Part shown: piece by piece, positions 9,620-20,079 of the stretch
Numbering within the stretch: position 1 is the stretch's first letter
Layout: each line of letters opens with the position of its first letter
Source: an uncultured Candidatus Binatia bacterium
GTDB taxonomy: Bacteria; Desulfobacterota; Binatia; UBA9968; JAJDTQ01
DNA: 64,000 nucleotides
Reading direction: 5' to 3'
Assembly (NCBI GenBank): GCA_964291295.2
Contig: OZ219754.1
Coordinates: 2,944,001-3,008,000, forward strand
Position numbers and translations under genes: made by a program
Notes under the pieces: model-generated
What the model was told of the DNA's origin: nothing
What the model saw: only the letters and a program-made list of their open reading frames with translations
Databases searched by the model: none

Positions 9620-11824
9620 TTACACCTGCACCCGATTCGCCTGGTACACTCCCTTCACGCTGGAGATGCCCGCCAGCACCCGCCGCAGTTGATCGGAGCT
9701 TCCGATCATGATCTCGAACGTGTTGACTGCCTTGTCGTCGAACGTGCGTATGTGCGCGCGAGCGATGTTGACGCCCGCATCCGATATGACCGAACTGATG
9801 GCCGCCAGCAGGCCGGGCTTGTCCGCGCAGTTCACCTCGATCTTCACCGCCCGGGGCATCTTCACGTCCTCCGACCAGTTCACCTCCACCCTTCTCCCGG
9901 GATCGGCCTCGAGTCCCGTGGGACAGTGCGCCACGTGCACGGTCACGCCCCGCCGGCGGGTGATGATCCCGGCGATCTTCTCGCCGGGCAGTGGATGGCA
10001 GCAGCGTGCGAAGCGCACCAGCACGTCCTTGATGCCCTTGACCCGCACTCCCCGGTCCCGTGAGCCGACCAGCCGGAAGAGCCGTTCGAGACCGCCTTCG
10101 AACTGCTTCTTGTCGTCCTTGAGCTCCTCCGCCGGCAGCAGCCTGGCCAGGATCTGGCGCGGCATCAGCTTGCCGTAGCCGACGCTGGCCAGGAGCCCCT
10201 CCTCGTTCCGGACCCCGAGTTCCTTCCCCAGCGTGTCGATGCGCCCCTCATCCTGGAGATGCGGGTAGTTCAATCCGTGGCGGCCAAAGTCGCCTTCGAG
10301 AATCTCCCGCCCCAGCGCCACGCTCCGCTCCCGCTGCTGCGACGCCATCCACGCCCGGATCCGGGACTTGGCCCGGGGGGTCTTGGCCACCTTCAGCCAG
10401 TCCCGGCTCGGCGTCTGCTCCTGCGTGGTGATGATCTCCACCGTATCGCCACTCCTGAGGATGTACTTGAAGGGCACCAGCCGGCCGTTCACGCGCGCAC
10501 CCGAGCAGTGCTGCCCGATGTCGGAGTGGATCCGGTAAGCGAAATCGACGACCGTCGCGGCCTTGGGAAAGACCTGCAGGTCGCCTTTGGGCGTGAAGAC
10601 GTAGAGTTCGTCCGGGAACAGGTCCTCCTTGATGCTGTGGAGGAACTCCTGCGGGTCGGACAGGTTCTGCTGCCATTCGAGGAGCTGCCGCAGCCATGCG
10701 AACCGCTGCATGTCCGTCACCTGCAGATCCTTGCCCTTCTTGTAGCGCCAATGGGAGGCGATCCCCTCCTCGGCCACCCGGTGCATCTCCTGGGTGCGAA
10801 TCTGTATCTCGATGCGCTGGGCGTTGGGGCCGATGACGGTGGTGTGCAGCGACTGGTACATGTTGGGCTTGGCCAGCGCGATGTAGTCCTTGAACCGCCC
10901 CGGCACCGGCCGCCACTTGGAATGGACCACGCCCAGGGACTCGTAACACTCCCGAACCGTGTCCACCACGATGCGGAAGGCCACGAGGTCGTAGACCTGC
11001 CCGAAGTCCAGGCTCTGGATCTCCATCTTCTTGAAGATGCTGTAGAAGTGCTTGGGCCGGCCGCTCACTTCGGCGTCGATGCCCTCTTCCGCCAGCGCCT
11101 TGCCGAGCCGCGTGATGACGTCCTTGGTGTACTTCTCCCGGTGCTTCTTCTTCTGAGCCACATCGCCCTTGAGCTGTGCGTAGACCTCCGGGCTCAGGTG
11201 CTTGAGGGCCAGATCCTCGAGTTCGCTCTTGATCCAGTAGATCCCCAGCCGGTGAGCGATGGGAGCGTAGATGTCCAGGGTCTCCTGGGCGATGCGCCGC
11301 TGCTTCTCCGCCGACAGATACTGCAGCGTGCGCATGTTGTGGGTACGGTCGGCCAGCTTGATCAGGACCACGCGGATGTCCTTGGCCATGGCCAGGATCA
11401 TCTTCCGGAAATTCTCGGCCTGCTTCTCCTCGTGGCTGGTGAAATCGACGCGGCTCAACTTGGTGACGCCGTCCACCAGGGCCGCGACTTCCTCGCCGAA
11501 GGTCTTCTCGATCTCCGGCAGCGTGGTCAGGGTGTCCTCGACGGTGTCGTGCAGCAGCCCGCCGATAATGCTGGGAAGGTCCAGCTTCAGGTCCGCCAGC
11601 ACCTCGGCCACGGCCACCGGATGGACCAGATAGGGCTCGCCGGACAACCGCCTCTGGCCATCGTGCACCGCCGACGAAAACCGGTACGCCTCGCGCAACT
11701 GGCCGACGTCGGCCCCCGGCTGGTACCGCAGCACCTTTTCCGCCAGATCGTTGAGGGCGCTGTCGGGTCCGGCGCCCCTGGCCCGGCGCCGGGGTCTTAC
11801 CGCGGTCTCGGGATGTACCTGCAA
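9620..11824 (-). CDS. spoT: Bifunctional (p)ppGpp synthetase/hydrolase (HD, SYNTH, TGS, ACT)
   Basis: LLHDTVEDT, KLADRTHNMRTL, GRPKHFYSI, YQSLHTT, FAYRIHS, C-terminal ACT; start uncertain. Confidence 0.95.
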   Translation of the reverse strand: MQVHPETAVRPRRRARGAGPDSALNDLAEKVLRYQPGADVGQLREAYRFSSAVHDGQRRLSGEPYLVHPVAVAEVLADLKLDLPSIIGGLLHDTVEDTLTTLPEIEKTFGEEVAALVDGVTKLSRVDFTSHEEKQAENFRKMILAMAKDIRVVLIKLADRTHNMRTLQYLSAEKQRRIAQETLDIYAPIAHRLGIYWIKSELEDLALKHLSPEVYAQLKGDVAQKKKHREKYTKDVITRLGKALAEEGIDAEVSGRPKHFYSIFKKMEIQSLDFGQVYDLVAFRIVVDTVRECYESLGVVHSKWRPVPGRFKDYIALAKPNMYQSLHTTVIGPNAQRIEIQIRTQEMHRVAEEGIASHWRYKKGKDLQVTDMQRFAWLRQLLEWQQNLSDPQEFLHSIKEDLFPDELYVFTPKGDLQVFPKAATVVDFAYRIHSDIGQHCSGARVNGRLVPFKYILRSGDTVEIITTQEQTPSRDWLKVAKTPRAKSRIRAWMASQQRERSVALGREILEGDFGRHGLNYPHLQDEGRIDTLGKELGVRNEEGLLASVGYGKLMPRQILARLLPAEELKDDKKQFEGGLERLFRLVGSRDRGVRVKGIKDVLVRFARCCHPLPGEKIAGIITRRRGVTVHVAHCPTGLEADPGRRVEVNWSEDVKMPRAVKIEVNCADKPGLLAAISSVISDAGVNIARAHIRTFDDKAVNTFEIMIGSSDQLRRVLAGISSVKGVYQANRVQV

Positions 11825-12420
11825 ATCTTGAGCCTTTCAGCGGCAATGATGGCGGCCAGCCGCGTCACCGCGTCCTTCACGTCACGGTTGACGATGACGT
11901 AATCATACCCCTGAATCTCCTGAATTTCATGCCGTGCGTTGTGCCAGCGCTGCGCGATGGTCGCGCGCGCGTCCGTGCCCCGGCGGGCCAGGCGGCGACG
12001 CAGTTCGTCGAGCGACGGCGGCAACACGAACGTCGCCACGGCGCTGGCGAAGTGCTGCTTGATCTGACGCGCCCCCTGGACATCGATGTCCAGCAACACG
12101 TCCCGGCCGCGCCGCAACTGGCTTTCGAGCAACCGGCGGGGGGTGCCGTACAGTTGCCCGTGCACCTCGGCCCATTCGGCGAAGGCTCCGGTCGCAAGCC
12201 GCCGCCGAAAGACCGCCTCCGTCACGAAGTGATAGTCCTTGCCCGGCGCCTCCCCGACCCGGGGCGGCCGCGTCGTGCAGGACACGGACAGGCTCATCTC
12301 CGGATAGATGCTCAGGACCTTTCGGGTCAATGTCGTCTTGCCCGCCCCCGAAGGCGCCGAGACGATGAAAACGATGCCGGAACGGCGTCTGCTGGCAAAG
12401 CTGCGGATGGAGACTGTCAT
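11797..12420 (-). CDS. gmk: Guanylate kinase
   Basis: SAPSGAGKTT, TTRPPRVGE, EWAEVHG..YGT, LDIDVQGA. Confidence 0.96.
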   Translation of the reverse strand: MTVSIRSFASRRRSGIVFIVSAPSGAGKTTLTRKVLSIYPEMSLSVSCTTRPPRVGEAPGKDYHFVTEAVFRRRLATGAFAEWAEVHGQLYGTPRRLLESQLRRGRDVLLDIDVQGARQIKQHFASAVATFVLPPSLDELRRRLARRGTDARATIAQRWHNARHEIQEIQGYDYVIVNRDVKDAVTRLAAIIAAERLKICRYIPRPR

Positions 12421-13247
12421 TCGACGTTCTGGACTTGTTCGCGAATCTTCTCCACGCTTTCCTTGCCCTCCAGCACCACCCGGATCACGTCGAGCTGCGG
12501 CGCCTTGGCGCCCACGGTGGTGAGTTCGCGCTGCACCTCCTGGAGCAGGAAGTCGATCTTTTTCCCCACCGGCTCCCGTTCGCGCATCAAGCCGGCGAGG
12601 GCTTCCACGTGGCTGCCCAGCCGGACCACTTCCTCGTTGATGCTGCCCTTGAAGGAACCGCCGCCGGCATCGCCGCCGCTGTTGGCGCCCTGTTCCTGAA
12701 GCCGCTGGTCGATGACTGCGGCGCGACGCCCCAGACGCCGGGCCACGCGAGTCAGCAGACGTGCCTCCGCCACCATGTTGCGCTTGAGGTTGCGGCCCTC
12801 CCGGTCCCGTGACCGGGTGAGATGGGTCAGAGCCGCCTGCAGCGCCCGCAGCACCAGCTCCTTCTCGCTTCCCTCGATCTGCTCCGGTTCCTTGAACTGA
12901 AACAGGTCCGGCAGGCGCGGCAGCAGTTGAAGATCCACGTCTCCCTGCAGGCCGAAGCGTTTCTTGATGCCTTGCAGGGCCTCGCAGTACTGCGCCACGA
13001 GGGTGTCGTCCACCTCCAGCCGGCAGCCGCGCCCCTTGAGCGGCGTACGCTCGACAAAGACGTCCGTACGGCCCCGATGGACCTTCGTCCGCGTCTGTTC
13101 GCGCAACTCGCCCTCGAGGCTCATGTAGAGCCTGGGGACCCGCAGATGCACGTCCGCATGCCGGTGGTTGACGCTGCGGATCTGTACGGAAACCTTGACC
13201 TGCCTGTCCTGGCGTATGGCCTGGCCATAACCGGTCATGCTTCTCAT
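12417..13247 (-). CDS. yicC: YicC/YloC family endoribonuclease
   Basis: MRSMTGYG..RSVNHR; EEVVRL..H..GKKIDFLLQE..RE..T..K..EKIREQVQNVE. Confidence 0.93.
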   Translation of the reverse strand: MRSMTGYGQAIRQDRQVKVSVQIRSVNHRHADVHLRVPRLYMSLEGELREQTRTKVHRGRTDVFVERTPLKGRGCRLEVDDTLVAQYCEALQGIKKRFGLQGDVDLQLLPRLPDLFQFKEPEQIEGSEKELVLRALQAALTHLTRSRDREGRNLKRNMVAEARLLTRVARRLGRRAAVIDQRLQEQGANSGGDAGGGSFKGSINEEVVRLGSHVEALAGLMREREPVGKKIDFLLQEVQRELTTVGAKAPQLDVIRVVLEGKESVEKIREQVQNVE

Positions 13248-13288
13248 GCGCCCTTCGCTTCCTTCAAGAAATCTTCACACCACTCGCG

Positions 13289-15976
13289 CTATGGCGCCTG
13301 CAAGGCCTGGAGCGACTGCTCGAGCTGACGCAGGGCGTCGCCGAAGCCGGCCCAGTCGCCGGCCTTGAGACGTTCCATGGAACGCCGGTAATGCTGGAGG
13401 GCCTGAGTCCGAAGATCGCCCCCGGCTTCCGGCACCGCCACGGTCCGCACCGCCGGGGCGGCCGCCGCCGGATCCTCGGCGGCGTCGCCGAAGAGCTCGT
13501 TCAGAGCGTCCTCGAGATTGTCCCGCATGGCGATGCGGTTGCCGAACACGGTGACCACCCGCTTGAGCTCGGGCAACGACCCCTGCTCCGCGGCCAGATA
13601 GAGGGACTGGACGTACAGCAGCGAGTCCTGGATGGGAATGGCCAGCAGGCTGCCGCGGATCACCTGCGAACCGCGCTGGCCCCACAGGCTCAACTGCTGC
13701 GAGATGTAGGCGTCCTGATCGATGCGGGCATCGATCTGATTGGGGCCGTAGATGAGCTTGGCCTTGGGGAAGTTGAGCGCCAGCAGCTTGCCGTAGTGCG
13801 TGCCGTCGCTGCGGGCGGCGAGCCATGCCCGCATGTTGTCGCGGTTGTTGGGAGTGAACGGCAGGAGCAGCACGAACTCCTCCCTGGCCTCCCCGGGCAG
13901 ACGCATGATGGTGTAGTAGGGCTCCATCTCCCGGTCTTCCTCGCCCACCTTTCTGAAGGGGATGCTCAGGAGGTCTTCCTTGTTGTAGAAGACCTGCGGA
14001 TCCCGCATGTGATAGGTCGCGTACATCCGCGCCTGCACCTTGAAGAGGTCCTGTGGATAGCGGACATGGGAACGCAGCGCCTCCGGCATCGCCGCCATCG
14101 GCTTGAACAGCCCCGGAAATCCGTTGGCGTAGGCCTTCACCACCGGATCCACGGCATCGGCGATGTAGAAGTCCACGGTGCCGTTGTAGGCGTCCACCAC
14201 CGTCTTCACCGAATTGCGGATATAGTTGCCGACCCCCTCGGTGGGCTCGGAATACGGATAGCGTTCCGACGTGGTGTAACCGTCGACAATCCAGAAGAGC
14301 CGCCCGTCGGGGGTCACGACGAGATAGGGGTCCTCGTCGAAATCGAGAAACGGCGCCAGCTTCCGGATCCGGTCCTGGATCCTGCGGTGGTAGAGAATGC
14401 GGCTCTCCGGCGTGATGTCGTTGGAAAGGGAGATCCGCAACGTGGCAAAGCGGGCCGAATAGAGAAGCTTGCGCCAGAACGACTGCAGCGGCACCCCTCC
14501 CGTACCGTCGTAGGTGGTGTAGATGTTTCGATCCCCGGCCGGATAGTCCAGCTCCTGGGCCAGCGTCTTCACGAACACGTAGTCGTTGGCCACCTCGCCG
14601 TAGTAGATTCCCGGACGGGTCACCTTGATGAAACCGTCGGACACCGGCGGGATGTCCTTGACGAAGAACTCGGGCAGCCCCTCCTTGCTGATCTGGTTCA
14701 CCGGGCTGTACACCACCCCGTAGCCGTGGGTGTACACCAGATGTTCGTTGATCCAGATGCGGCTGGGAAGCTGTTCGTGGGAGAGTTCGCGGGCCGAGAG
14801 CATCACCTGCCGGTAGCTCCCGTCGATCTTGTAGCGGTCCGTGTCCACATCGAGGAACTCGTAGTAGGTGCGGATCTGCTGAAGCTGCGCGTAGGTCGAC
14901 AGCAGCGGCTCGTAGTTCCACAGCCGGATGTTCTTGACCGTGGCATCGTTCTGCCTGAGGTCGTCCGCGGTCAGCATCTCGTCGACCGGAAACTCCTGGG
15001 CGTCCACCCGGTCGAGGCCGTAGGCGTGCCGCGTGGAGCGGATATTGCGCTGGATATAAGGCGTCTCCGCCACCAGCTCGTTGGGCACGACGTGAAACTG
15101 CTGCAGGAACGAGGGGTAGGCATACAGTCCCACCAGATGGACCGCGGCCAGGGAGCCCAGCCCGATCACGAGATACCTGAGCCCGACCCACCGCATCTGC
15201 AACAGGCAGAGGAGGGACACGGCGGCCGCCACCACCGCCAGCACCCGCAGCGCCGGAAGCCTGGCGTGTATGTCCGTGTAGCCGGCGCCGAACACGACGC
15301 CGGCCTGCGAGTAGAGCAGCTTGTAGGCATCGAGCAGATAGCCGCCGCACTGGACCAGCAGCAACAGGGCCAGCAGCACCGACAGGTGGACCTTGGCGGA
15401 GCGGTGCACGAACAGGCCGTTCTCCGAGTACTGGATGCCGCCGTAAAGGAAATAGATGAACGAACTCGCCACCAGCATCAGTCCCAGCGACACCAGAAAC
15501 CACCGGTAGAGCGCCTCCAGCGCGGGCAGACGGAAGATGTAGAAACCGATGTCCTTGCCCAGCAGCGGTTCCTGGATGCCGAACGGAAGGCCGTTGAAGT
15601 ACAGCAGCGCGGACTCCCAGTGCATGGCCGCCTGGGGCGCGGCCAGGAAGCCCAGCACCAGCGCCACGGGCAGCAGCAGGCGCCGGATCAAAGGATCCAG
15701 ATCTTCCGGACCCGGAACCTCCGGATTCCGGCTCTGGAGCGGCACCACGCCGTCCCGAAGCCGGGCCGCGAGCTTGATGTTGACGTAGAAGAGCGCGAAG
15801 AAGAGCAGCCCCGAGATCACCCCCAGCAGCACCTTGATCCACAGGGTCTTGGTGAACACGCCGGCATAGCCGATCTCCCGGAACCAGAGATAGTCGGTAA
15901 AGAGATAGATGGCCTCGCCCACGAGCGAGAACAGCAGAAACGCGCCAAGCGCGATCAAGCCGATGGATTTTCTCAT
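13289..15976 (-). CDS. UPF0182 family membrane protein
   Basis: DYLWFREIGY, DIGFYIFRLP, NIRLW, HLVYTHGYG, YIRNSVK, YGPNQIDARIDQD. Confidence 0.93.
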   Translation of the reverse strand: MRKSIGLIALGAFLLFSLVGEAIYLFTDYLWFREIGYAGVFTKTLWIKVLLGVISGLLFFALFYVNIKLAARLRDGVVPLQSRNPEVPGPEDLDPLIRRLLLPVALVLGFLAAPQAAMHWESALLYFNGLPFGIQEPLLGKDIGFYIFRLPALEALYRWFLVSLGLMLVASSFIYFLYGGIQYSENGLFVHRSAKVHLSVLLALLLLVQCGGYLLDAYKLLYSQAGVVFGAGYTDIHARLPALRVLAVVAAAVSLLCLLQMRWVGLRYLVIGLGSLAAVHLVGLYAYPSFLQQFHVVPNELVAETPYIQRNIRSTRHAYGLDRVDAQEFPVDEMLTADDLRQNDATVKNIRLWNYEPLLSTYAQLQQIRTYYEFLDVDTDRYKIDGSYRQVMLSARELSHEQLPSRIWINEHLVYTHGYGVVYSPVNQISKEGLPEFFVKDIPPVSDGFIKVTRPGIYYGEVANDYVFVKTLAQELDYPAGDRNIYTTYDGTGGVPLQSFWRKLLYSARFATLRISLSNDITPESRILYHRRIQDRIRKLAPFLDFDEDPYLVVTPDGRLFWIVDGYTTSERYPYSEPTEGVGNYIRNSVKTVVDAYNGTVDFYIADAVDPVVKAYANGFPGLFKPMAAMPEALRSHVRYPQDLFKVQARMYATYHMRDPQVFYNKEDLLSIPFRKVGEEDREMEPYYTIMRLPGEAREEFVLLLPFTPNNRDNMRAWLAARSDGTHYGKLLALNFPKAKLIYGPNQIDARIDQDAYISQQLSLWGQRGSQVIRGSLLAIPIQDSLLYVQSLYLAAEQGSLPELKRVVTVFGNRIAMRDNLEDALNELFGDAAEDPAAAAPAVRTVAVPEAGGDLRTQALQHYRRSMERLKAGDWAGFGDALRQLEQSLQALQAP

Positions 15977-16001
15977 GGAATCCGGATCCTTTTCGGGTGC
16001 C

Positions 16002-17651
16002 TCAGGAGAGCGCGCCCTTGTGGGAATACTCGATCTCCGCGCTGGTGATGATCTCCAGCAACGCCGCCCGCCCCTCCTCGGTGGCCCGCCGGGCCCGCAC
16101 GATGGCCGGACCCACCTGGCCGGGTTCTTCCACCCGCTCGGCCCAACCCCCCATGGCCCGGGCCATGTCGGCGTAGTGGCCGCCCAGATCCCGGGTGCCG
16201 TAAAGCTCGTGCGACAACGCCATGTGACGCGTCTCCACCGCCATGGTGGCGTTGTTGAGCACCACGGTCAGGATCGGGATATTGCAGCGCACCGCCGTCT
16301 CGAAGTCCAGCCCGGTCATGCCGAAGGCGGCATCGCCCATGAAGTTCACCACGAACTTCTCCGGTGCCGCCAGCTTGGCCCCCAGATTCAGCCCCAGGCC
16401 GGTGCCCAGCCCGTGGGACTTGCCCCATCCCAGGTAGGAGCGCGGACCCGCGGACCGGTAGAACGGCATGAGCTGGTCCCGGGGGCTGCCGGAATCGTGG
16501 GTCACGATGGCTTCCGCCGGATCCACGGCGTTGACGAACTCCGAGACGACCCGATAGGGATTGATGGGCACCGCGTCGGAGGTGAGCTTCGCGTTCCAGT
16601 CCCGCAACCACGCCGCGCGCATCGCGGCGATCTCCGCCGCGGGGGAGCGGTCGCTCCTGCACTTGCCGTTCAGGAGCTCCCTGACGGCGGCGATGAACTG
16701 CCGCAGGACGAGCCTGGCGTCGCCGATGACCGGAAAGTCGACGTCGTAGTTCTTGCCGATGTCGATGGGATCGTCTGTTGCCTGGATGAGCGTCTTGCCC
16801 GCCGGGATGGGCGCGGTCATGGAGTGTCGGGTCAGGCTTGTGCCCACCGCGAAGACCAGGTCGGCCTTTTTCAGAAAGTGGTAGACCGGCCGGTTCATGA
16901 CCCCGGACGCGCTCCCCAGCGACAGCGGGTGCGTCTCGGGAAACGCGCTCTTGCCGCCCATGGTGGTGACCACGGGAATGCAGGCAAGCTCCGCCAGCTC
17001 CAGCAACTCGGGTGCCGCCTCGGCATAAAGCACCCCTTGGCCGGCATGGATCACCGGACCCCGGGCTTCGAGCAACGCCCGGGCCGCCGCCATGACGTCC
17101 GCCGGGTCCGCTTCCCCCACCGCCGCCTTCACCGGCCGGTACGCTTCGATGACGCCGGCACCCACCTGCTCTTCCGCCACATCCGCCGGTATCTCCACCA
17201 TCACCGGACCCGGACGCCCCATCCTGAGCCTCGCGAAGGCCCGCCGCATGGTATCGACGACCCGGTCCGCCGTGGTGACCTGCTCCACGAACTTGGTCAC
17301 GGGAGCGTAGTTCCGGAGCGCGCTGAACTGGGGAAACACGCCGTCCCGTTCGCGGCTGTGGCCCAGCGGCAGCAGCAGCACCGGCACGGCGTCGGAAAAG
17401 GCCGTGGCCACTCCCGCATAGGCATTCTCGGCACCGGGGCCGAACTGCATGGCGAACACGCCTGGCGGCCTGCCGTTGGTCACCCTGCTGTAGCCGTCGG
17501 CGATCCCCACCCCCACCCGTTCCTGGCGGCAGATGATCGGCCGAATGCCGGCTTCGGCGGCCGCCTCGATGAGGTTCGTGGTCGGGAAGGCGCTCAGGTA
17601 CGGGATTCCCTCACGCTTCAGGATGCGGGCGATGACGTCCACCGTTCTCAT
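16002..17651 (-). CDS. Thiamine diphosphate-dependent enzyme (acetolactate synthase-like)
   Basis: RQERVGVGIADGYSR, GPGAEN, GDAAFGM...LNN ThDP motif; start at MRTVDVIA. Confidence 0.92.
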   Translation of the reverse strand: MRTVDVIARILKREGIPYLSAFPTTNLIEAAAEAGIRPIICRQERVGVGIADGYSRVTNGRPPGVFAMQFGPGAENAYAGVATAFSDAVPVLLLPLGHSRERDGVFPQFSALRNYAPVTKFVEQVTTADRVVDTMRRAFARLRMGRPGPVMVEIPADVAEEQVGAGVIEAYRPVKAAVGEADPADVMAAARALLEARGPVIHAGQGVLYAEAAPELLELAELACIPVVTTMGGKSAFPETHPLSLGSASGVMNRPVYHFLKKADLVFAVGTSLTRHSMTAPIPAGKTLIQATDDPIDIGKNYDVDFPVIGDARLVLRQFIAAVRELLNGKCRSDRSPAAEIAAMRAAWLRDWNAKLTSDAVPINPYRVVSEFVNAVDPAEAIVTHDSGSPRDQLMPFYRSAGPRSYLGWGKSHGLGTGLGLNLGAKLAAPEKFVVNFMGDAAFGMTGLDFETAVRCNIPILTVVLNNATMAVETRHMALSHELYGTRDLGGHYADMARAMGGWAERVEEPGQVGPAIVRARRATEEGRAALLEIITSAEIEYSHKGALS

Positions 17652-18397
17652 GGCACCGGCGGCTCCCCTCTGCCCGCACCGCGCACCGGCAAGGCGAAAT
17701 CGCGGCAAAGGGCGTCCCAGGTGCCGAGTTCGGCCAAGGTGCGCAAGGTGTTCAGGGTCGGCGGGATGATGGCCATGCGTCCCCGTTCGGACCGCCGCAC
17801 GCCCTCCTCGGGAGTGACCCAGAGGCTCTCCGTCACCTCTTCCGACACGTCCAGGGGCACCTGCCCCTCCGGCAGCGGGGCCAGGAAGAACCGGGTATCG
17901 AACCGCATCGCATAGTGCTCGGGAGTGACCCGGTGATGGAAGTAGACGGGGCTCCCGACGTCGCAGTAGAGCCCTTCCGACGCCAGCAGCTCGGGAAAGC
18001 TCACCGCGCCGTTCCACACGGACTCGCGCCGGGCCACCACCCGTTCCCGGGCGTCCTCCGCCATCACGGCGCTCCCTTTCTCGTCCACGCACAGCAGCAC
18101 GCCCACCTCCTCGTACAATTCCCGGACCGCGGCCACCCAGTGGCCGAAGGCGTCCTCGGCGCTCAACTCGTCTCCCAGCCGTGCGCGCGCATCCGCGGGC
18201 GACAGGCCGCGGCACAGTTCCCGCATGGCGGGGGCGGCGTCGGCACGCTTGACGCTGCCCCCGGGAAAGACGAAGAAGCCGCCCAGAAAACGCATTTCCC
18301 GCGGCCGCCGCGTCATGCAGATCTCGAAGGCGCCGTCTCCCGACGGGCGTACCAGTACGAGGGTGGAGGCTCTCCTGGGAATGGCTTTTTCCCGCAT
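17648..18397 (-). CDS. NUDIX hydrolase (Nudt19-like)
   Basis: FPGGSV...AAVRELYEEVG, RFDTRFF, IIPPT. Confidence 0.88.
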   Translation of the reverse strand: MREKAIPRRASTLVLVRPSGDGAFEICMTRRPREMRFLGGFFVFPGGSVKRADAAPAMRELCRGLSPADARARLGDELSAEDAFGHWVAAVRELYEEVGVLLCVDEKGSAVMAEDARERVVARRESVWNGAVSFPELLASEGLYCDVGSPVYFHHRVTPEHYAMRFDTRFFLAPLPEGQVPLDVSEEVTESLWVTPEEGVRRSERGRMAIIPPTLNTLRTLAELGTWDALCRDFALPVRGAGRGEPPVP

Positions 18398-18403
18398 GGA
18401 ATC

Positions 18404-19066
18404 TCAGCGCCCGGCAGGCTGACCCCGAAGCTTCGCCACCAGGGACTCGTAGGAGGTCCGGTTGATCACGCGACTGAACTGCGCACGATAGTTGTTGACC
18501 ACGCTGACATTCTCGACGACCACGTCATAGATGCGCCATTCGGCCGTGTCACCGACGCGGTGGAGGCGGTAGGCGACGTCGAACCGGCGTCCTTCATCGT
18601 CCACGATCCGGGTATCGACCCGGGCGAAGCGCCCGTCGATCTCTTCACCGACGACATGCACGCGCTGGCCCTTGTACGCGGAGATGCGGCTCGCGTACGT
18701 CCGTTCCAGGAAGCGGGTAAAGATCCGGACGAACTCCTGGCGCTGTTCCGGAGTGCGGCGGCGCCAGTGGGCGCCCAGCGACCGCCGGGCCATCTCGGGA
18801 AAGTCGAAGAGCGGCAGGATGCTTGCCCGGAGGCGTTCGGACTTCGTGCGATCTTCAAGCTTCGAGTCACCGAGTATGGAGACGCCGAGCCGCAGCGCCT
18901 TCTCGATTTCACGCGCCGGACCGTCCGCCGCCGCCGCCATGGAGCCGGAACCACCCGCCACCAGCAGGAATGCGCAGAGCCACAACCGCCCGGAGCCCCA
19001 GCCTGCAGTGATTTTCTGCGCGAATCTCCGTCTCATGACATTCCGCCTCACAACATTCCGCCTCAT
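18404..19066 (-). CDS. mlaC: MlaC/Ttg2D family phospholipid-binding protein
   Basis: FDFPEMARRSLG.HW, WRIYDVVVENVSVVNNYRAQF; start ambiguous because of a 15-bp repeat. Confidence 0.85.
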   Translation of the reverse strand: MRRNVVRRNVMRRRFAQKITAGWGSGRLWLCAFLLVAGGSGSMAAAADGPAREIEKALRLGVSILGDSKLEDRTKSERLRASILPLFDFPEMARRSLGAHWRRRTPEQRQEFVRIFTRFLERTYASRISAYKGQRVHVVGEEIDGRFARVDTRIVDDEGRRFDVAYRLHRVGDTAEWRIYDVVVENVSVVNNYRAQFSRVINRTSYESLVAKLRGQPAGR

Positions 19067-19074
19067 GACATTCC
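19032..19074. repeat. 15-bp tandem repeat (about 2.9 copies) over mlaC start
   Basis: CTCATGACATTCCGC CTCACAACATTCCGC CTCATGACATTCC. Confidence 0.85.
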
Positions 19075-19135
19075 AAGCGAACCAATCTACGCAATAATCA
19101 CGGGGAATCCAAACAAGGCGCGCCCCCGGACCGCC

Positions 19136-19933
19136 TCAGGCAAGCCGCACGGCCTTGGAGAAGTCGTAGTCGGACGGCAGGTCGGCCTCGAAATCCCAAG
19201 CCACTCGGGGGCCGCTCTCCCCGCCGCCCAGGTGTTGCTGGAGAAACCGGAACAACAGCATCCAGGCCGCCTCGGCGGCTTCCGGACGGTAGCGCCCGGG
19301 CATGGTGTCGTTGAGCCAGCCGTGGGGAGCACCCCGGAAAATGCGGATGGAGTAGCTCTTCCAGGCCTCCTCCAGCGCGTTCCGGAAACGCCGCACGTCC
19401 GGCACCGAAATGATGTGGTCGCTGTCGCCGAAGACCCCCAGTACGGGGCAGGACAACCGCCTGATGAACTCTCCCACCGGCGTCGGGCGCTCTTCGTGGG
19501 GCTCCCAGTCCCGCTGGTAGATCCCGCCGTAGAACACCACGGCACACCGAAGGTCGTCCCGGTGGGCGGCCGCCAGCAGCGGTTGCCGTCCCGTCTGGCA
19601 TACGCCCATCACCGCCATGCGGCCGGCGTCCACGAAGTCCTGCCCGCGCAGGCAGGTCATGCACGCGTCGAGGTCGGCCAGCGCCTCGTCGTCACGGATG
19701 CCGACACCCACCTCACCGCGAGCCAGGGCTTCCCGGTCCCCGGTGAATCGCGAGAACATGTCGGGAGCCAGCGCCACATAGCCGTTCCCGGCCAGCCGCT
19801 CGGCAATGTCGGTGGTGTGCGGCACGATGCCATAGCGCTCGTGGAGCTGGATCACCGCCGGCCACCGGCCGCTTCCCGACGGTCTTGCCAGGTAACCCTT
19901 CCTGCCCGCCGCGAACTCGATCTCCGCAATCAT
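19136..19933 (-). CDS. Dienelactone hydrolase family protein
   Basis: HERYG, GYVALAPDMF, GVCQTG nucleophile, GDSD, APHGW. Confidence 0.88.
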   Translation of the reverse strand: MIAEIEFAAGRKGYLARPSGSGRWPAVIQLHERYGIVPHTTDIAERLAGNGYVALAPDMFSRFTGDREALARGEVGVGIRDDEALADLDACMTCLRGQDFVDAGRMAVMGVCQTGRQPLLAAAHRDDLRCAVVFYGGIYQRDWEPHEERPTPVGEFIRRLSCPVLGVFGDSDHIISVPDVRRFRNALEEAWKSYSIRIFRGAPHGWLNDTMPGRYRPEAAEAAWMLLFRFLQQHLGGGESGPRVAWDFEADLPSDYDFSKAVRLA

Positions 19934-20079
19934 GCCCGACCCTCCTTCATGGACCTCATGGTGTGCGCACGCAAAGCGTCCGGTCTGAACCGTATCAAAT
20001 CGGACCCGGCGAAGCGACGAAAGGCGCGACCCCCAGGCTGGCCTGTCCGGTGCTTTCACGCTAGTCTGGAACACCACCC

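Noticed and set aside
13275-16048. Very long alternative-frame and antisense ORFs (855 aa, 885 aa; similar ones at 23964-26495, 41476-43782, 17915-20116)
   Set aside because: Shadow ORFs expected from high-GC codon bias over recognisable real genes; no family motifs
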